A stretch of 64,000 nucleotides of DNA from positions 20,056-84,055 of the forward strand of contig LCOG01000002.1 of the NCBI GenBank assembly GCA_001001705.1. Reading direction: 5' to 3'. The notes beneath the pieces were generated by a model, which searched no databases, was not told the DNA's origin, and worked only from the letters and a program-made list of their open reading frames with translations. The translations under genes were made by a program, and so were the position numbers. Within the stretch, counting starts at the first letter, position 1, and every line of letters starts with the position of its first letter. The stretch comes from Parcubacteria group bacterium GW2011_GWA2_47_26. Its GTDB lineage: Bacteria > Patescibacteriota > Patescibacteriia > GWA2-47-26. This document shows, in pieces, positions 32,409 through 41,835 of this stretch.

Positions 32409-34697
32409 ATGATCCGCTATAACTTATCAAGTCCAGTAAGTGCACTATCGCATATTGGCCGCACCGTGGAGACTCAACTGCGACACCTAGGAGTTCTCAC
32501 CATACAGGATCTCCTTTTTTATTTTCCGGTTCGCTACGACGATTTGCGCAATATCACCGAGATTAAAGATTTAAAAATCGGCGAAAGGGCAGTAGTGCGT
32601 GGAAAAATTGAGCTTATTCAAAGCCGCCGCAGCAAATATAGAAAGAAACTCCTTACCGAGGCCATTGTCTCTGATGCGACGGGCAGTTTAAAAATACTTT
32701 GGTTTGGCCAGCCTTGGCTAATTAAAATGTTTAAAACCGGCGATGAGCTGTATTTGGTTGGCGAAGTTAAAGACGATGGCTCCGGCGCGTATATGTCCTC
32801 GCCAAGCTATGAGCGCGCAAGCGGGCACGCGACAATTCATACGGGCCGCATTGTGCCAGTTTACGCTTTGACCGAAAAGCTTTCTCAAAAACAAGTGCGT
32901 TTTTTAATGAGTCGCGCTTTTCCGCTCGCTTCGAGCATAGTTGATTGGCTGTCTCAAGATTTGAGGACAAGATACAAATTATTGGATTTAAAACGCGCTA
33001 TTTCTTTTGTGCATTTTCCGCCGGATAATCAAAAAATGGAAGCGGCCCGGCGGCGTTTGAAATTTGATGAATTGCTGCGCTTGCAGATTTTTGCCGCTAA
33101 AGTAAAACAGGAACTCAAAAAATTACCCGCCCCGAAAGCGGTATTTAATGAGAAGGCGACAAAGCAATTTGTACAAGGCTTGCCTTTTGAGTTAACCGAG
33201 GCGCAACGCAAAGCGGCCTGGGAAATTGTCAAAGATATTAGTCGGCCGCGCCCAATGAATCGTTTGCTGGAGGGCGATGTTGGATCGGGAAAGACTGTCG
33301 TGGTTGCGATTGCGGCATTGAATGCGGTTGGTGTTTGTGACCATGTCACCGCGGCTAGTGACCTGGTCACAAACAAAGGTCAGGTGGCCATTATGGCGCC
33401 GACCGAAATTTTGGCGCGTCAACATTTCAAAACATTTTCAAAATTACTTGGACCCCATGGTGTGCAAGTAGAGTTACGCACCAGCAGTGAAAAAGGTAAA
33501 AAGGGGATTATAGACAGCAATGTAGTTGTGGGAACACATGCTTTAATACAAGACAGTGTAAAGTTCAAAGATTTGGTGCTCGCGGTTGTTGATGAACAGC
33601 ACCGTTTTGGCGTGCGTCAACGGCAAGCGCTCAAGGATAAGCGCGAGGATGGAAAAATGCCCCATCTGCTTACTTTGACCGCCACGCCAATCCCGCGTAG
33701 TTTGGCTTTAGTATTTTATGGCGATCTTGATCTCTCCGTGCTTAATGAAATGCCCAAGGGGCGGCAGAGAATTGAAACCGTGTTGGTAAGTAACGCTTCC
33801 CAACCCCCTCCTCATAAACCCACCCACCCTCCCCTTAAGTTAAGGGGAGGAGGCGAAAAAGGGACCGCCTCTAATTTTGCAAAGCAAAACTTAGAAGTGG
33901 TCCCTTTTTCGCGGGAACAGGCCTATCAATTTATCCGTACTGAAGTTGCCGCCGGCCACCAAGTCTTTTGGACATGCCCGATTATTGATCCTTCCGACAC
34001 GCTTGGTGTAAGAGCCGCGACCGAAGTATTTGAGCATTTGCGCACCGAAATTTTTTCTGATCTGCGCATTGGACTCTTACACGGGCGCATGAAGTCAAAA
34101 GAAAGAGAAAAAGTGATGGAAGCGTTTGTAGGCCCATCTTGTCATCATGAGCGTAGCGAAGGATCTCGGGATTCTTCGCCTGCGGTTCAGAATGACAGAG
34201 GACACACGATTGATATTCTCGTAGCCACGCCGGTTATTGAAGTTGGTATTGATGTGCCTAATGCTACAGTCATGGTTATTGAAGGAGCACAGCGTTTTGG
34301 CTTAGCCCAGCTTCATCAATTTCGCGGACGCGTTGGCCGGGGCGAGGCGAAATCGTATTGTTTGTTGATGGTGGAAGAAAAAGGGACCGCCTCTAATTTT
34401 GCTGCGCAAAATTTAGAAGTGGTCCCTTTTTCTGCGCGTATCAAGGCATTTTTAGAGTGCGACAATGGTTTTGAACTCGCCGAGCGCGATTTGACGCTTC
34501 GCGGTCCTGGCGATACTTATGGCATTGCCCAATCCGGTTTTCCGGAATTCAAAATCGCGAGTTTCGCGGATGTTGAAATTGCCAAAGAGGCCAAAGAAGC
34601 GGCGGAGGTGATTTTAACGCGCGATCCGGAACTTACGAACTATTCCGAGCTCAAACAGGCGATACTTGATAAAGAAGGCCGGACGCATTTAGAATAA
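32409..34697 (+). CDS. recG: ATP-dependent DNA helicase RecG with five in-frame inserts
   Basis: EGDVGSGKT, APTEILARQH, DEQHRFG, TATPIPR, QLHQFRGRVGRG, DLTLRGPG. Confidence 0.96.
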   Translation: MIRYNLSSPVSALSHIGRTVETQLRHLGVLTIQDLLFYFPVRYDDLRNITEIKDLKIGERAVVRGKIELIQSRRSKYRKKLLTEAIVSDATGSLKILWFGQPWLIKMFKTGDELYLVGEVKDDGSGAYMSSPSYERASGHATIHTGRIVPVYALTEKLSQKQVRFLMSRAFPLASSIVDWLSQDLRTRYKLLDLKRAISFVHFPPDNQKMEAARRRLKFDELLRLQIFAAKVKQELKKLPAPKAVFNEKATKQFVQGLPFELTEAQRKAAWEIVKDISRPRPMNRLLEGDVGSGKTVVVAIAALNAVGVCDHVTAASDLVTNKGQVAIMAPTEILARQHFKTFSKLLGPHGVQVELRTSSEKGKKGIIDSNVVVGTHALIQDSVKFKDLVLAVVDEQHRFGVRQRQALKDKREDGKMPHLLTLTATPIPRSLALVFYGDLDLSVLNEMPKGRQRIETVLVSNASQPPPHKPTHPPLKLRGGGEKGTASNFAKQNLEVVPFSREQAYQFIRTEVAAGHQVFWTCPIIDPSDTLGVRAATEVFEHLRTEIFSDLRIGLLHGRMKSKEREKVMEAFVGPSCHHERSEGSRDSSPAVQNDRGHTIDILVATPVIEVGIDVPNATVMVIEGAQRFGLAQLHQFRGRVGRGEAKSYCLLMVEEKGTASNFAAQNLEVVPFSARIKAFLECDNGFELAERDLTLRGPGDTYGIAQSGFPEFKIASFADVEIAKEAKEAAEVILTRDPELTNYSELKQAILDKEGRTHLE
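33335..33372. repeat. Family E element, in frame in recG
   Basis: ttgtgaccatgtcaccgcggctagtgacctggtcacaa. Confidence 0.8.
33790..33910. repeat. Family B plus family D composite, in frame in recG
   Basis: Encodes NASQPPPHKPTHPPLKLRGGG then EKGTASNFAKQNLEVVPFS. Confidence 0.87.
34140..34197. repeat. Family A element, in frame in recG
   Basis: Encodes CHHERSEGSRDSSPAVQND. Confidence 0.87.
34377..34432. repeat. Family D element, in frame in recG
   Basis: Encodes EKGTASNFAAQNLEVVPFS. Confidence 0.9.
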
Positions 34698-34698
34698 G

Positions 34699-34774
34699 GA
34701 AAAGAGAACGCCTCTAGTAAAAAAGAGAACGCCTCTAATTTTGCTGCGCAAAATTTAGAAGTGGTCCCTTTTTC
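34699..34774. repeat. Family D element with a duplicated left arm, just after the recG stop
   Basis: aaagagaacgcctcta occurs twice, then the hairpin. Confidence 0.85.
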
Positions 34775-34872
34775 TGCCCAGCCGGTATATATGCCCCGTG
34801 TCAAATCATCTAATCATGACACCGAACCGTACACTTGGGTATACGGAGAGTGCCACAATATGCTTTCCAAAA

Positions 34873-34910
34873 CGTCCCGTGTTTGGCTCGATCGAGCCAA
34901 ACACGGGACG
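34873..34910. repeat. Perfect 38 bp palindrome centred on CGATCG
   Basis: cgtcccgtgtttggctcga|tcgagccaaacacgggacg. Confidence 0.85.
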
Positions 34911-35256
34911 AGTAGCGTTAAGGAAACGTCATAGGGAAACGTCATAGGGAACTAGGGTATAATTTTAGATGATTTAATTTATGACAATTTAATTTGTGCA
35001 CTTGACGCAGGATGGCCTGCTATTGTAGTATGTCAAAATTACCGCGTTGGTCAGGGGTTTTAAGTAAATGAGCCCCCTCACTAGCGCGGTAATAAATTAG
35101 CGTAAACACAGTGAACACATGGGCTGCCCACCCAAGCCGGGTGTTGTGCCAACCTTTTGATGGAGGAGCGGGGCGAATTAGCTGACACGATCCGCCACTA
35201 CGCGGGGGGTCACGAAGTACAAGCAACCTCGGACCGAAGAGGGGATCTGCAACAAA

Positions 35257-35516
35257 TGAGTACGAACAACGGCAACGGTCAGAGCGGTGGGAACGGCCAC
35301 CATGGCAAGTTCCAGTCGTGCAACAACGACTTCTGCCTCCGCAATGGAGGCGTGATCGCGCCCGGCGAGTCGTGCCAGCGCGTGGGGAGCGAGCTCTTCC
35401 ACGCGGGCTGCTACCAGCTCTGGCAGCAGCACGTGGCGGAGCGTCAACGCCGTTTCGGTGGCGACGCCTCGATCCGCCACCGCACGCGCGCGGCGGTCAA
35501 CACCCTCGTCCCGTAG
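35257..35516 (+). CDS. Small GC-rich Cys/His protein (start uncertain)
   Basis: Strong third-position GC bias, gaggggga upstream, C-x4-C...H-x2-C, hairpins and T-tract downstream. Confidence 0.55.
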
Positions 35517-35753
35517 CCCGCCAACCCCCTCACTTTTTGCTCCTTCCGTAGGCTCCTCCGCCTAAACCGCTGGCGGAGTTCGCAGCCGCAAACCCGCCCC
35601 GACACCTCGCGTGCCGGGGCCTTTTCTTTTTTGCATACATAAAAAGCTCCCACATGGGGAGCCTTTTGATGGGGTCCGATCACGGTGACTCGTGAGAAGC
35701 CTTATCAACAATTTAATCGTACTTGGATTCAAAAATTTAGAGCAACAATTATT

Positions 35754-35839
35754 TCCCCTCTTAAGATAAGAGGGGATTAAGGGGAGTTATGAAGTATGAA
35801 GAGAGTCATATATTTAACATTAGTTTCATAACCCCTCCC
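35754..35839. repeat. Family B element, intergenic
   Basis: tcccctcttaagataagagggga..ggggagttatgaa...ttcataacccctccc. Confidence 0.8.
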
Positions 35840-35883
35840 GCAGCACCTCGGACGCGGGTTGTTTTTTATCTACAAGCTATACT

Positions 35884-37458
35884 TTATGGACATGGTCTGC
35901 TTTCCAGGCCTTTGATCAAATTTGTGGGATCCAGTAGTGACGGTGGTTTTGTAATTAGAAATTCTCGCGCACATTTGTTAGTGCCGATAGTACTCTGCCC
36001 CGGGGGGGGATTCCATCTAAAATTTCTTCGTGCCCGTCCTGGATAAGCTTCAAGGTGTAACATATCACAAAATGTGGCTTTTCCAAGAGTTTGTCCTTTA
36101 GTCACAGTGGCTCGCGCTCTTATACTGGATGGAACCGTTCCGCTATTTATCTCTCCGTATACTACCGTGATGTTGAGTTTTGGATGAAATACAAGTACAG
36201 CTACGCTTTGTCCCCCGCTGCATGGATAAAAATTATAAGTGTTAACAACCTCACCGCTGTCCAGCGCTACTACTTCGCCATCGCCTTGAGTATAAAGGTC
36301 AATCCCGGCGTGGCATCTCGCCCCTTGGGCACGGTCATCGCCCCAATTCCAAGAGATTTGTTGTAGACTGCCGGTCTTTATTGGGAGACATTGGTCCGTG
36401 ATGTTGTAGTTTGTAGCCCCGGTGGTCCATGTCCCAGTTTCTCGAATTTCCTCACCTGCTCCCGGGGGCTCAAGCTCTATCTTTTCTATTTGCTCTACTC
36501 GCAACGGCTGAAAAACCACCAAATCTGGATTTATAATCATCAAAATTATGTACGATCCCAAAACCAGTATAAGTCCAACCGAGGCATCCGCGATTTTGCG
36601 TTTGGCGTCGCTTATTTTATCCGGACTGCCGCCGGCGGTGAGCCATTTGAATCCGGCGTAAACAATCATTATTCCCGCGATTACCCCCACCACGGAAACC
36701 AAAAATTTATATACTGCGGCCAGGTATTGAGCGAGAAAATCAATGATCAGAAATTCTCTATCGCCTTCAGTTGTTCTAAATGGCACGGTAAAAGGTTGCA
36801 GTGTAACGAGCGGAATTTGCAAGCGGGGAAGAGCGATTTGAGCTGGGGGGAGTTCGGAGGTTGGAACGCATTGAGAGACAAATGTGCGTGTGGCCCGATG
36901 CCCCTCTTCTCTGATCTGACATCTAAACCCACTTGCGCAATCAGCATCTGTACCACACCCCTCACTTGCTGCTGTTAAAACACATCTCTCACTTTGACAT
37001 TGTAAGTTTGGCGAAGAAGAAGATACACATTGACTATTATTATTACAAGGGCATCCAATGGGCATGAACCCGTTGTGCCCCGGCCCTCTCGGCGCCATGA
37101 TGTCAGAAAAAGACATGCATGCATTGCGTGGCGAAACCCAAGCCTGACCCGCCGAGCATCGTCGATCGTTACAGTTTATAGTTTCAGCTGTTCCTTCGCC
37201 GCCTTGACATACGCGTAAACTCGTATTACATATTCCACCTCTTCCACAATCTGAATTACTTAAACATGCGCCCCCGCTATGAAAATATGCGGTTTGCATG
37301 CATTGCCTTGCGGCGAACTGGCAGAGATGGGGAGGGGCAAGACTAGCGCAATCGGAATCTTGGGTACAAGGTGTTGCTTGCGAGGTTAGCGGTAACATGA
37401 ATAATAGCAATGAAATAATGCTGAGCACTAAAAGCAATTGTTTTTGCGACCGTAACAT
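35884..37458 (-). CDS. Cys-rich repeat / TrbC-VirB2-like pilin module / M23 peptidase fusion
   Basis: Signal peptide, CxxxSDC repeats, YAGFKWLTAGGSPDKISDAKRKI, HAGID and HLE motifs. Confidence 0.75.
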   Translation of the reverse strand: MLRSQKQLLLVLSIISLLLFMLPLTSQATPCTQDSDCASLAPPHLCQFAARQCMQTAYFHSGGACLSNSDCGRGGICNTSLRVCQGGEGTAETINCNDRRCSAGQAWVSPRNACMSFSDIMAPRGPGHNGFMPIGCPCNNNSQCVSSSSPNLQCQSERCVLTAASEGCGTDADCASGFRCQIREEGHRATRTFVSQCVPTSELPPAQIALPRLQIPLVTLQPFTVPFRTTEGDREFLIIDFLAQYLAAVYKFLVSVVGVIAGIMIVYAGFKWLTAGGSPDKISDAKRKIADASVGLILVLGSYIILMIINPDLVVFQPLRVEQIEKIELEPPGAGEEIRETGTWTTGATNYNITDQCLPIKTGSLQQISWNWGDDRAQGARCHAGIDLYTQGDGEVVALDSGEVVNTYNFYPCSGGQSVAVLVFHPKLNITVVYGEINSGTVPSSIRARATVTKGQTLGKATFCDMLHLEAYPGRARRNFRWNPPPGQSTIGTNKCAREFLITKPPSLLDPTNLIKGLESRPCP

Positions 37459-37461
37459 ATT

Positions 37462-38163
37462 TTAGCGTAATAATTCCTGTATAGATTGGTTTACAGTATT
37501 TTGATCAATTGCTCCTGAAAATTTCCTCTCGCCAATGAAGAAATACGGCGTGGCGTCAACGCGCAAAAGTATGGCCTCGTTGAAGTTGCGCGCGACAAGA
37601 TCTTTGGTGCGTTCGGTTTTAAGGCAGTCTTCAAAGGTGGCTGTGTTTAAGCGAAGCTCCTGCGCTAGCGGGATAAAACTGGTTTCAGCTAATTCAGTTT
37701 GCCGTTCAAACAAAAGATCATGATATTCCCAGAATTTTCCTTGCTCCTCGGCGCATCGTGCGGCCTGCGCCGCTTTTTCCGCCAAAGGATGCAAACGCGT
37801 ATTCGGCAGATCTTTCCAAACTAATTTTACGCGGCCGCTGTACTGTTCAAGCACGCTTTTCAAAGTGGCCTCCACTTCCGCGCAAGAAGGACAGAAAAAA
37901 TCCCCGAACTCTACAATTGCAATAGCTGTGACCAAGTCACTTTCCGTTGTGGCTTGGTCACGGCCCGCGGGATCTCCGCGTACCGGATCAGTGGAGCGGA
38001 TAATGGGGCGGGAAGGCAGTGCGATCGTTGTGACCAAGTCACTTTCCGTTGTGACTTGGTCACGGTCGTCCGGCGGTATAAATGTATAATACGCCACAAT
38101 ACCAACAAAACCCGCCAAAAGTAGAGCGACAATTACGATAATGATGAAAGAAGGAGTACGCAT
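37462..38163 (-). CDS. DsbA/thioredoxin-fold oxidoreductase with two family E inserts
   Basis: EFGDFFCPSC, ARCAEEQGKFWEYHD, ATP cis-Pro loop. Confidence 0.9.
   Translation of the reverse strand: MRTPSFIIIVIVALLLAGFVGIVAYYTFIPPDDRDQVTTESDLVTTIALPSRPIIRSTDPVRGDPAGRDQATTESDLVTAIAIVEFGDFFCPSCAEVEATLKSVLEQYSGRVKLVWKDLPNTRLHPLAEKAAQAARCAEEQGKFWEYHDLLFERQTELAETSFIPLAQELRLNTATFEDCLKTERTKDLVARNFNEAILLRVDATPYFFIGERKFSGAIDQNTVNQSIQELLR
37928..38063. repeat. Two family E elements (37928-37961, 38030-38063), in frame in the DsbA gene
   Basis: Both encode RDQxTTESDLVT. Confidence 0.88.
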
Positions 38164-38187
38164 GTTGATTGGACCGTAGTCGGTAGT

Positions 38188-39405
38188 CTACCGTAAATTA
38201 ACCCTATACAACTGCCCGGAAATGCTGTCTGTAAAATAGAGAATCCGTTCGTCGTCAGATACAACAATATTATTGATGGTGTGATCTTCAGAAGGAATCG
38301 CGATTAAAGAGCGCTCGCCGGTGCGAAGATTTACGCGATAAAGATTGTCCGGGGTATTGCCGACTGCAGTCGGATACAAGCCGGCTCCGCGGGGAAGTTC
38401 AGTCGGTACGGCGCAATAGATTATTTCATCGGATCCAAAAGTGCATTTATCCACCCAAGTGTTAAGTCCGAGCGGGGTTTTGCCTTGCCCAATAGTGTCC
38501 GGCGTGGCCCCTGCAATCCAAAGCAAGGGTTTCCAATCCTCATCTCCGGAGGTAGCCGAGTAGAGTAGGCGCTCCCCGTCGGGCGAAAAGCGTCCGCGGA
38601 AACCAATGCCATTGGCGACCAAAGCGGGAAAATTTTCGCCTTGCTTTCCAACCATGAGTATTTCTTGTTCATTAAGCCCGCGCGGCGTACCCGTGCGCGA
38701 GAAGGCAATGATTTGGTCATTAGGCGACCAAGCTACCTGCACTTTATCAGCATTATTGCCCAAAGGTTCAATCGGCCTGGTACCCGAGCCGTCATTATTA
38801 GCGGTAGCCAGCCACCTGGAATCCTCATCAATACCAACAGACAAAAACGCCAAAGCCTCCGAGCGGGGAGAAAAATTAAATTGTTGCCAGTGGCTGGGAA
38901 GGGTCGTAGCCCGTTCAGTTTCAAAATTATATACGATATTTGATCCGTCAGGATATTCAAGCACAGCCTGATTGCGGTCCGGCGCCCAAGTAACATTGGA
39001 GACATTAAAGAACACGCGATCCGAAAGCGGCTCCAAAGTCCCATCAGGTCGGATGCGGTAGAACTTGCCGTCAGAACGATTGTAGTAGTTTACCGAGGAG
39101 CCGTCCGATGATATAGACGGCGTCAGTGTGGCAAAGGTGGTAAGCGCGGTGGTCTGCGTTAGTCCGCCTGTGGCAAGGGGTGAAGGCTGGAGTGTCGCGG
39201 CAGGTGTAACAACAGTTGGACGAGGTGGAGCAGGCAAGGCCGGAGGAAGCCCTACAGTAGGCGGCACAGCGGGCGGAACTGCTTCCGGTGCCGCCGGCGG
39301 CGCTATGATTGGTCTAAAAAAGAACCACCAAATGCCAAAGCCAATCGCGGTAGAGATAATTATAAAGCCTATGATGAGGATGATGCGTTTAATGCGTTCT
39401 TGCAT
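38188..39405 (-). CDS. Membrane-anchored TolB-like beta-propeller protein
   Basis: N-terminal TM, Pro-rich linker, WAPD/FSPR/WSPN/FSPDG repeats. Confidence 0.75.
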   Translation of the reverse strand: MQERIKRIILIIGFIIISTAIGFGIWWFFFRPIIAPPAAPEAVPPAVPPTVGLPPALPAPPRPTVVTPAATLQPSPLATGGLTQTTALTTFATLTPSISSDGSSVNYYNRSDGKFYRIRPDGTLEPLSDRVFFNVSNVTWAPDRNQAVLEYPDGSNIVYNFETERATTLPSHWQQFNFSPRSEALAFLSVGIDEDSRWLATANNDGSGTRPIEPLGNNADKVQVAWSPNDQIIAFSRTGTPRGLNEQEILMVGKQGENFPALVANGIGFRGRFSPDGERLLYSATSGDEDWKPLLWIAGATPDTIGQGKTPLGLNTWVDKCTFGSDEIIYCAVPTELPRGAGLYPTAVGNTPDNLYRVNLRTGERSLIAIPSEDHTINNIVVSDDERILYFTDSISGQLYRVNLR

Positions 39406-39443
39406 ATTCGTCTCTATTATATTTTAACCGATTTAAGACGAAA

Positions 39444-40124
39444 TTAGAAATTACAGTCTATGCCAATTTTATAACGAGTAATATATTTGAGCGTTCCACT
39501 TACAGAAATGTCGGATTCACACAAAACAGCGATTGAAGCGGCGATAACCAAAATAGTTCCTAGGACAAATAAACCAATTCCCATAATCAATAAAAAGCGG
39601 TACAATTGCGGCGGTAATTTTATAAGTCCAAATAATTCTTTGGGTTTGTCAGCGCCTTGAAATGATTGCAAGATAGGGAGGCGTACGCCTTCTCCGCCAT
39701 GAGCCGATTCTGTTTGTGGTTTTTTTGTGCCAAGTTCTTTATGAATTGCTTTAGCTTCGCTGGAAGCGGCAACTTCTTCTCGTCTGGCTGCTAAACGAGC
39801 GGCCAGCTCTAGTGGAACGCGTATCACTTTGATTATTATGCGAGCAAGAGCAAAAAGCAAACGAAAGACAATTCCGATCCAAGGAATAGCGCCCAAGAGT
39901 GTCCCGCAACCTTTAGCCAATAGCTCGCCCTTTTTCATTATGCCGACCGAGACAGAGGGAGTCTCGGCAGTTTCCCTTTCATGCGCGCGTTTAGCTTGCT
40001 CTTCCAGGGCCTTGGCTCGTTTTTTTTTCATCTGCTGGCTTTCTTTTTCAAATTCAACTTGCCGATCCTGCTCATCCACCGATTCTTGTTCGTCATTCTC
40101 TGAAACTTGTAGAATCCAGAACAT
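39444..40124 (-). CDS. Hypothetical membrane protein
   Basis: 226-codon ORF with TM segments. Confidence 0.6.
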   Translation of the reverse strand: MFWILQVSENDEQESVDEQDRQVEFEKESQQMKKKRAKALEEQAKRAHERETAETPSVSVGIMKKGELLAKGCGTLLGAIPWIGIVFRLLFALARIIIKVIRVPLELAARLAARREEVAASSEAKAIHKELGTKKPQTESAHGGEGVRLPILQSFQGADKPKELFGLIKLPPQLYRFLLIMGIGLFVLGTILVIAASIAVLCESDISVSGTLKYITRYKIGIDCNF

Positions 40125-40138
40125 AGTTTTTATTTAGT

Positions 40139-40225
40139 TCTCCCCCTTAGGTTAAGGGGGAGTGAAAGGGGGTTACGAGACGCTCATAACCCTCCCCAGC
40201 CCTCCCTTAACTTAAGGGAGGGAGA
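40139..40225. repeat. Family B element with arms in swapped order, after the htpX stop
   Basis: tcccccttaggttaaggggga...ggttac...cataaccctccccagccctcccttaacttaagggaggga. Confidence 0.82.
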
Positions 40226-40234
40226 AAGATTCAC

Positions 40235-41119
40235 CTATGCCATCGATCTCAACACCTTTATTCTATCTCCAATCGGCGGATGCGTGGAAAAAAGAGTAGT
40301 CAGCCATTTGCGCGTGCCACCAAAAGGATTGGCAATATAAAGATGGGCCGTAGCTTCATTGGCGCGGGCAAGCGGCCGGTTTTCACGGCCAATTTTTTCT
40401 AGCGCACGCGCCAGTCCTTCCGGAAAGCGCGTCATAAGCGCACCAGACGCGTCCGCCAGATATTCGCGTCGGCGCGAAACAGCAAATTGTATAAGCTGCG
40501 CGATAAGCGGCGCTAAAATCATGAGAACAATGCCGACTACTAGTAGCATGGGGTGTAGACCACGATCCCGATCATCCCGGCGGCCGCCAAAGAGGTGCGC
40601 ACGGAGCATCCAATTTGATAGCAGGGCGATGATTCCCACAAGCACAATCACCATCGTCATAATGCGAATGTCATAATTTTTTATGTGTGACAGCTCATGG
40701 GCAAGTACCCCTTCCAATTCCTCATTTTCCAGTTTTTCAATTGCGCCGGTGGTAACCGCGATTGAGGCATGTTTGGGATCTCGGCCAGTCGCAAAAGCGT
40801 TTATCGCGGGGTCTTGGATTATATGCAGGTGCGGCATGGGCATTCCCTGTGAAATGCAAAGATTTTCTATCATACGCCAAAGATACGCGTTTTGTTCTTT
40901 GTTTATTTGCTTGGCTCCCGAAACCGCAAGTGCGAGCTTATCGCCCTTATAGTATGAAATGAGCGCCATGAAAAACGATATAAAAGCCGCAAATACAAGC
41001 CCGCCCGAGCCATGACCGTATAGATAATCGTAAAGATACCCAAGGCCGAGCACTACGGCGACAAAGATTATAATAAGCGCCCATGTCCTGCGCTTATTGG
41101 CCGTGATTTGATTGTACAT
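40235..41119 (-). CDS. htpX: Zinc metalloprotease HtpX (M48)
   Basis: NAFATGRDP, LAHELSHI, SRRREYLAD, FSTHPP. Confidence 0.95.
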   Translation of the reverse strand: MYNQITANKRRTWALIIIFVAVVLGLGYLYDYLYGHGSGGLVFAAFISFFMALISYYKGDKLALAVSGAKQINKEQNAYLWRMIENLCISQGMPMPHLHIIQDPAINAFATGRDPKHASIAVTTGAIEKLENEELEGVLAHELSHIKNYDIRIMTMVIVLVGIIALLSNWMLRAHLFGGRRDDRDRGLHPMLLVVGIVLMILAPLIAQLIQFAVSRRREYLADASGALMTRFPEGLARALEKIGRENRPLARANEATAHLYIANPFGGTRKWLTTLFSTHPPIGDRIKVLRSMA

Positions 41120-41204
41120 ACCTGTTTTGAATCACTAAGCGAATCAAACTAATTTTGTTCGAATGATTCGTTTATCATTAGTGCGAATTCGCTTAGCGAT
41201 CAAT

Positions 41205-41762
41205 TTAGAATTTCACCTTTACCGCTTCTCTCATTCTAGCCTCTTCTACCTCAAAAAATTCTCGTGCTGTAAAACTAAACATACCTGCTACTATATTAGA
41301 AGGGAAGCTCTGGATCCGGGTGTTTAAGTCCATGACATTTTGATTGTAGAAACGTCGGGCCGCTTGGATTTTATTTTCCGTGTCAGAAAGCTCATCTTGG
41401 AGTTGTAGGAAGTTCTGCGAGGCCTTTAGATCCGGATAGTTTTCCGCGACTGCGAATAGCGATTTAAGAGTTTCCGTAAGCATGTTTTCCGCTTTGGCAT
41501 GCTCGGCCATGGTTCGGGCTCCCATTGCCGCGGTGCGCGCGGCTGTGACTTTCTCCAAAGTTTCCCGCTCATGGGTCATATAGCCCTTGACTGATTCAAC
41601 TAGATTGGGGATAAGGTCGTACCGCCGCTTTAATTGTACATCAATATCGGACCATGACTCTTGCGCGCGGTTGCGGCGGACAATTAACCCGTTGTAGGTG
41701 GCAATAAGCCAAAGAATTAAGAGAGCCGCGGCGACAATAATAATCCAAGCGTAAGTAGGCAT
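41205..41762 (-). CDS. lemA: LemA family protein
   Basis: [35 protein letters not shown]. Confidence 0.95.
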   Translation of the reverse strand: MPTYAWIIIVAAALLILWLIATYNGLIVRRNRAQESWSDIDVQLKRRYDLIPNLVESVKGYMTHERETLEKVTAARTAAMGARTMAEHAKAENMLTETLKSLFAVAENYPDLKASQNFLQLQDELSDTENKIQAARRFYNQNVMDLNTRIQSFPSNIVAGMFSFTAREFFEVEEARMREAVKVKF

Positions 41763-41835
41763 ATGTTTGATAGTTGTTAAGTTTATGCATATATTGTACA
41801 ATAATATACCTAATAAACGCAACCACAACTTTAAT

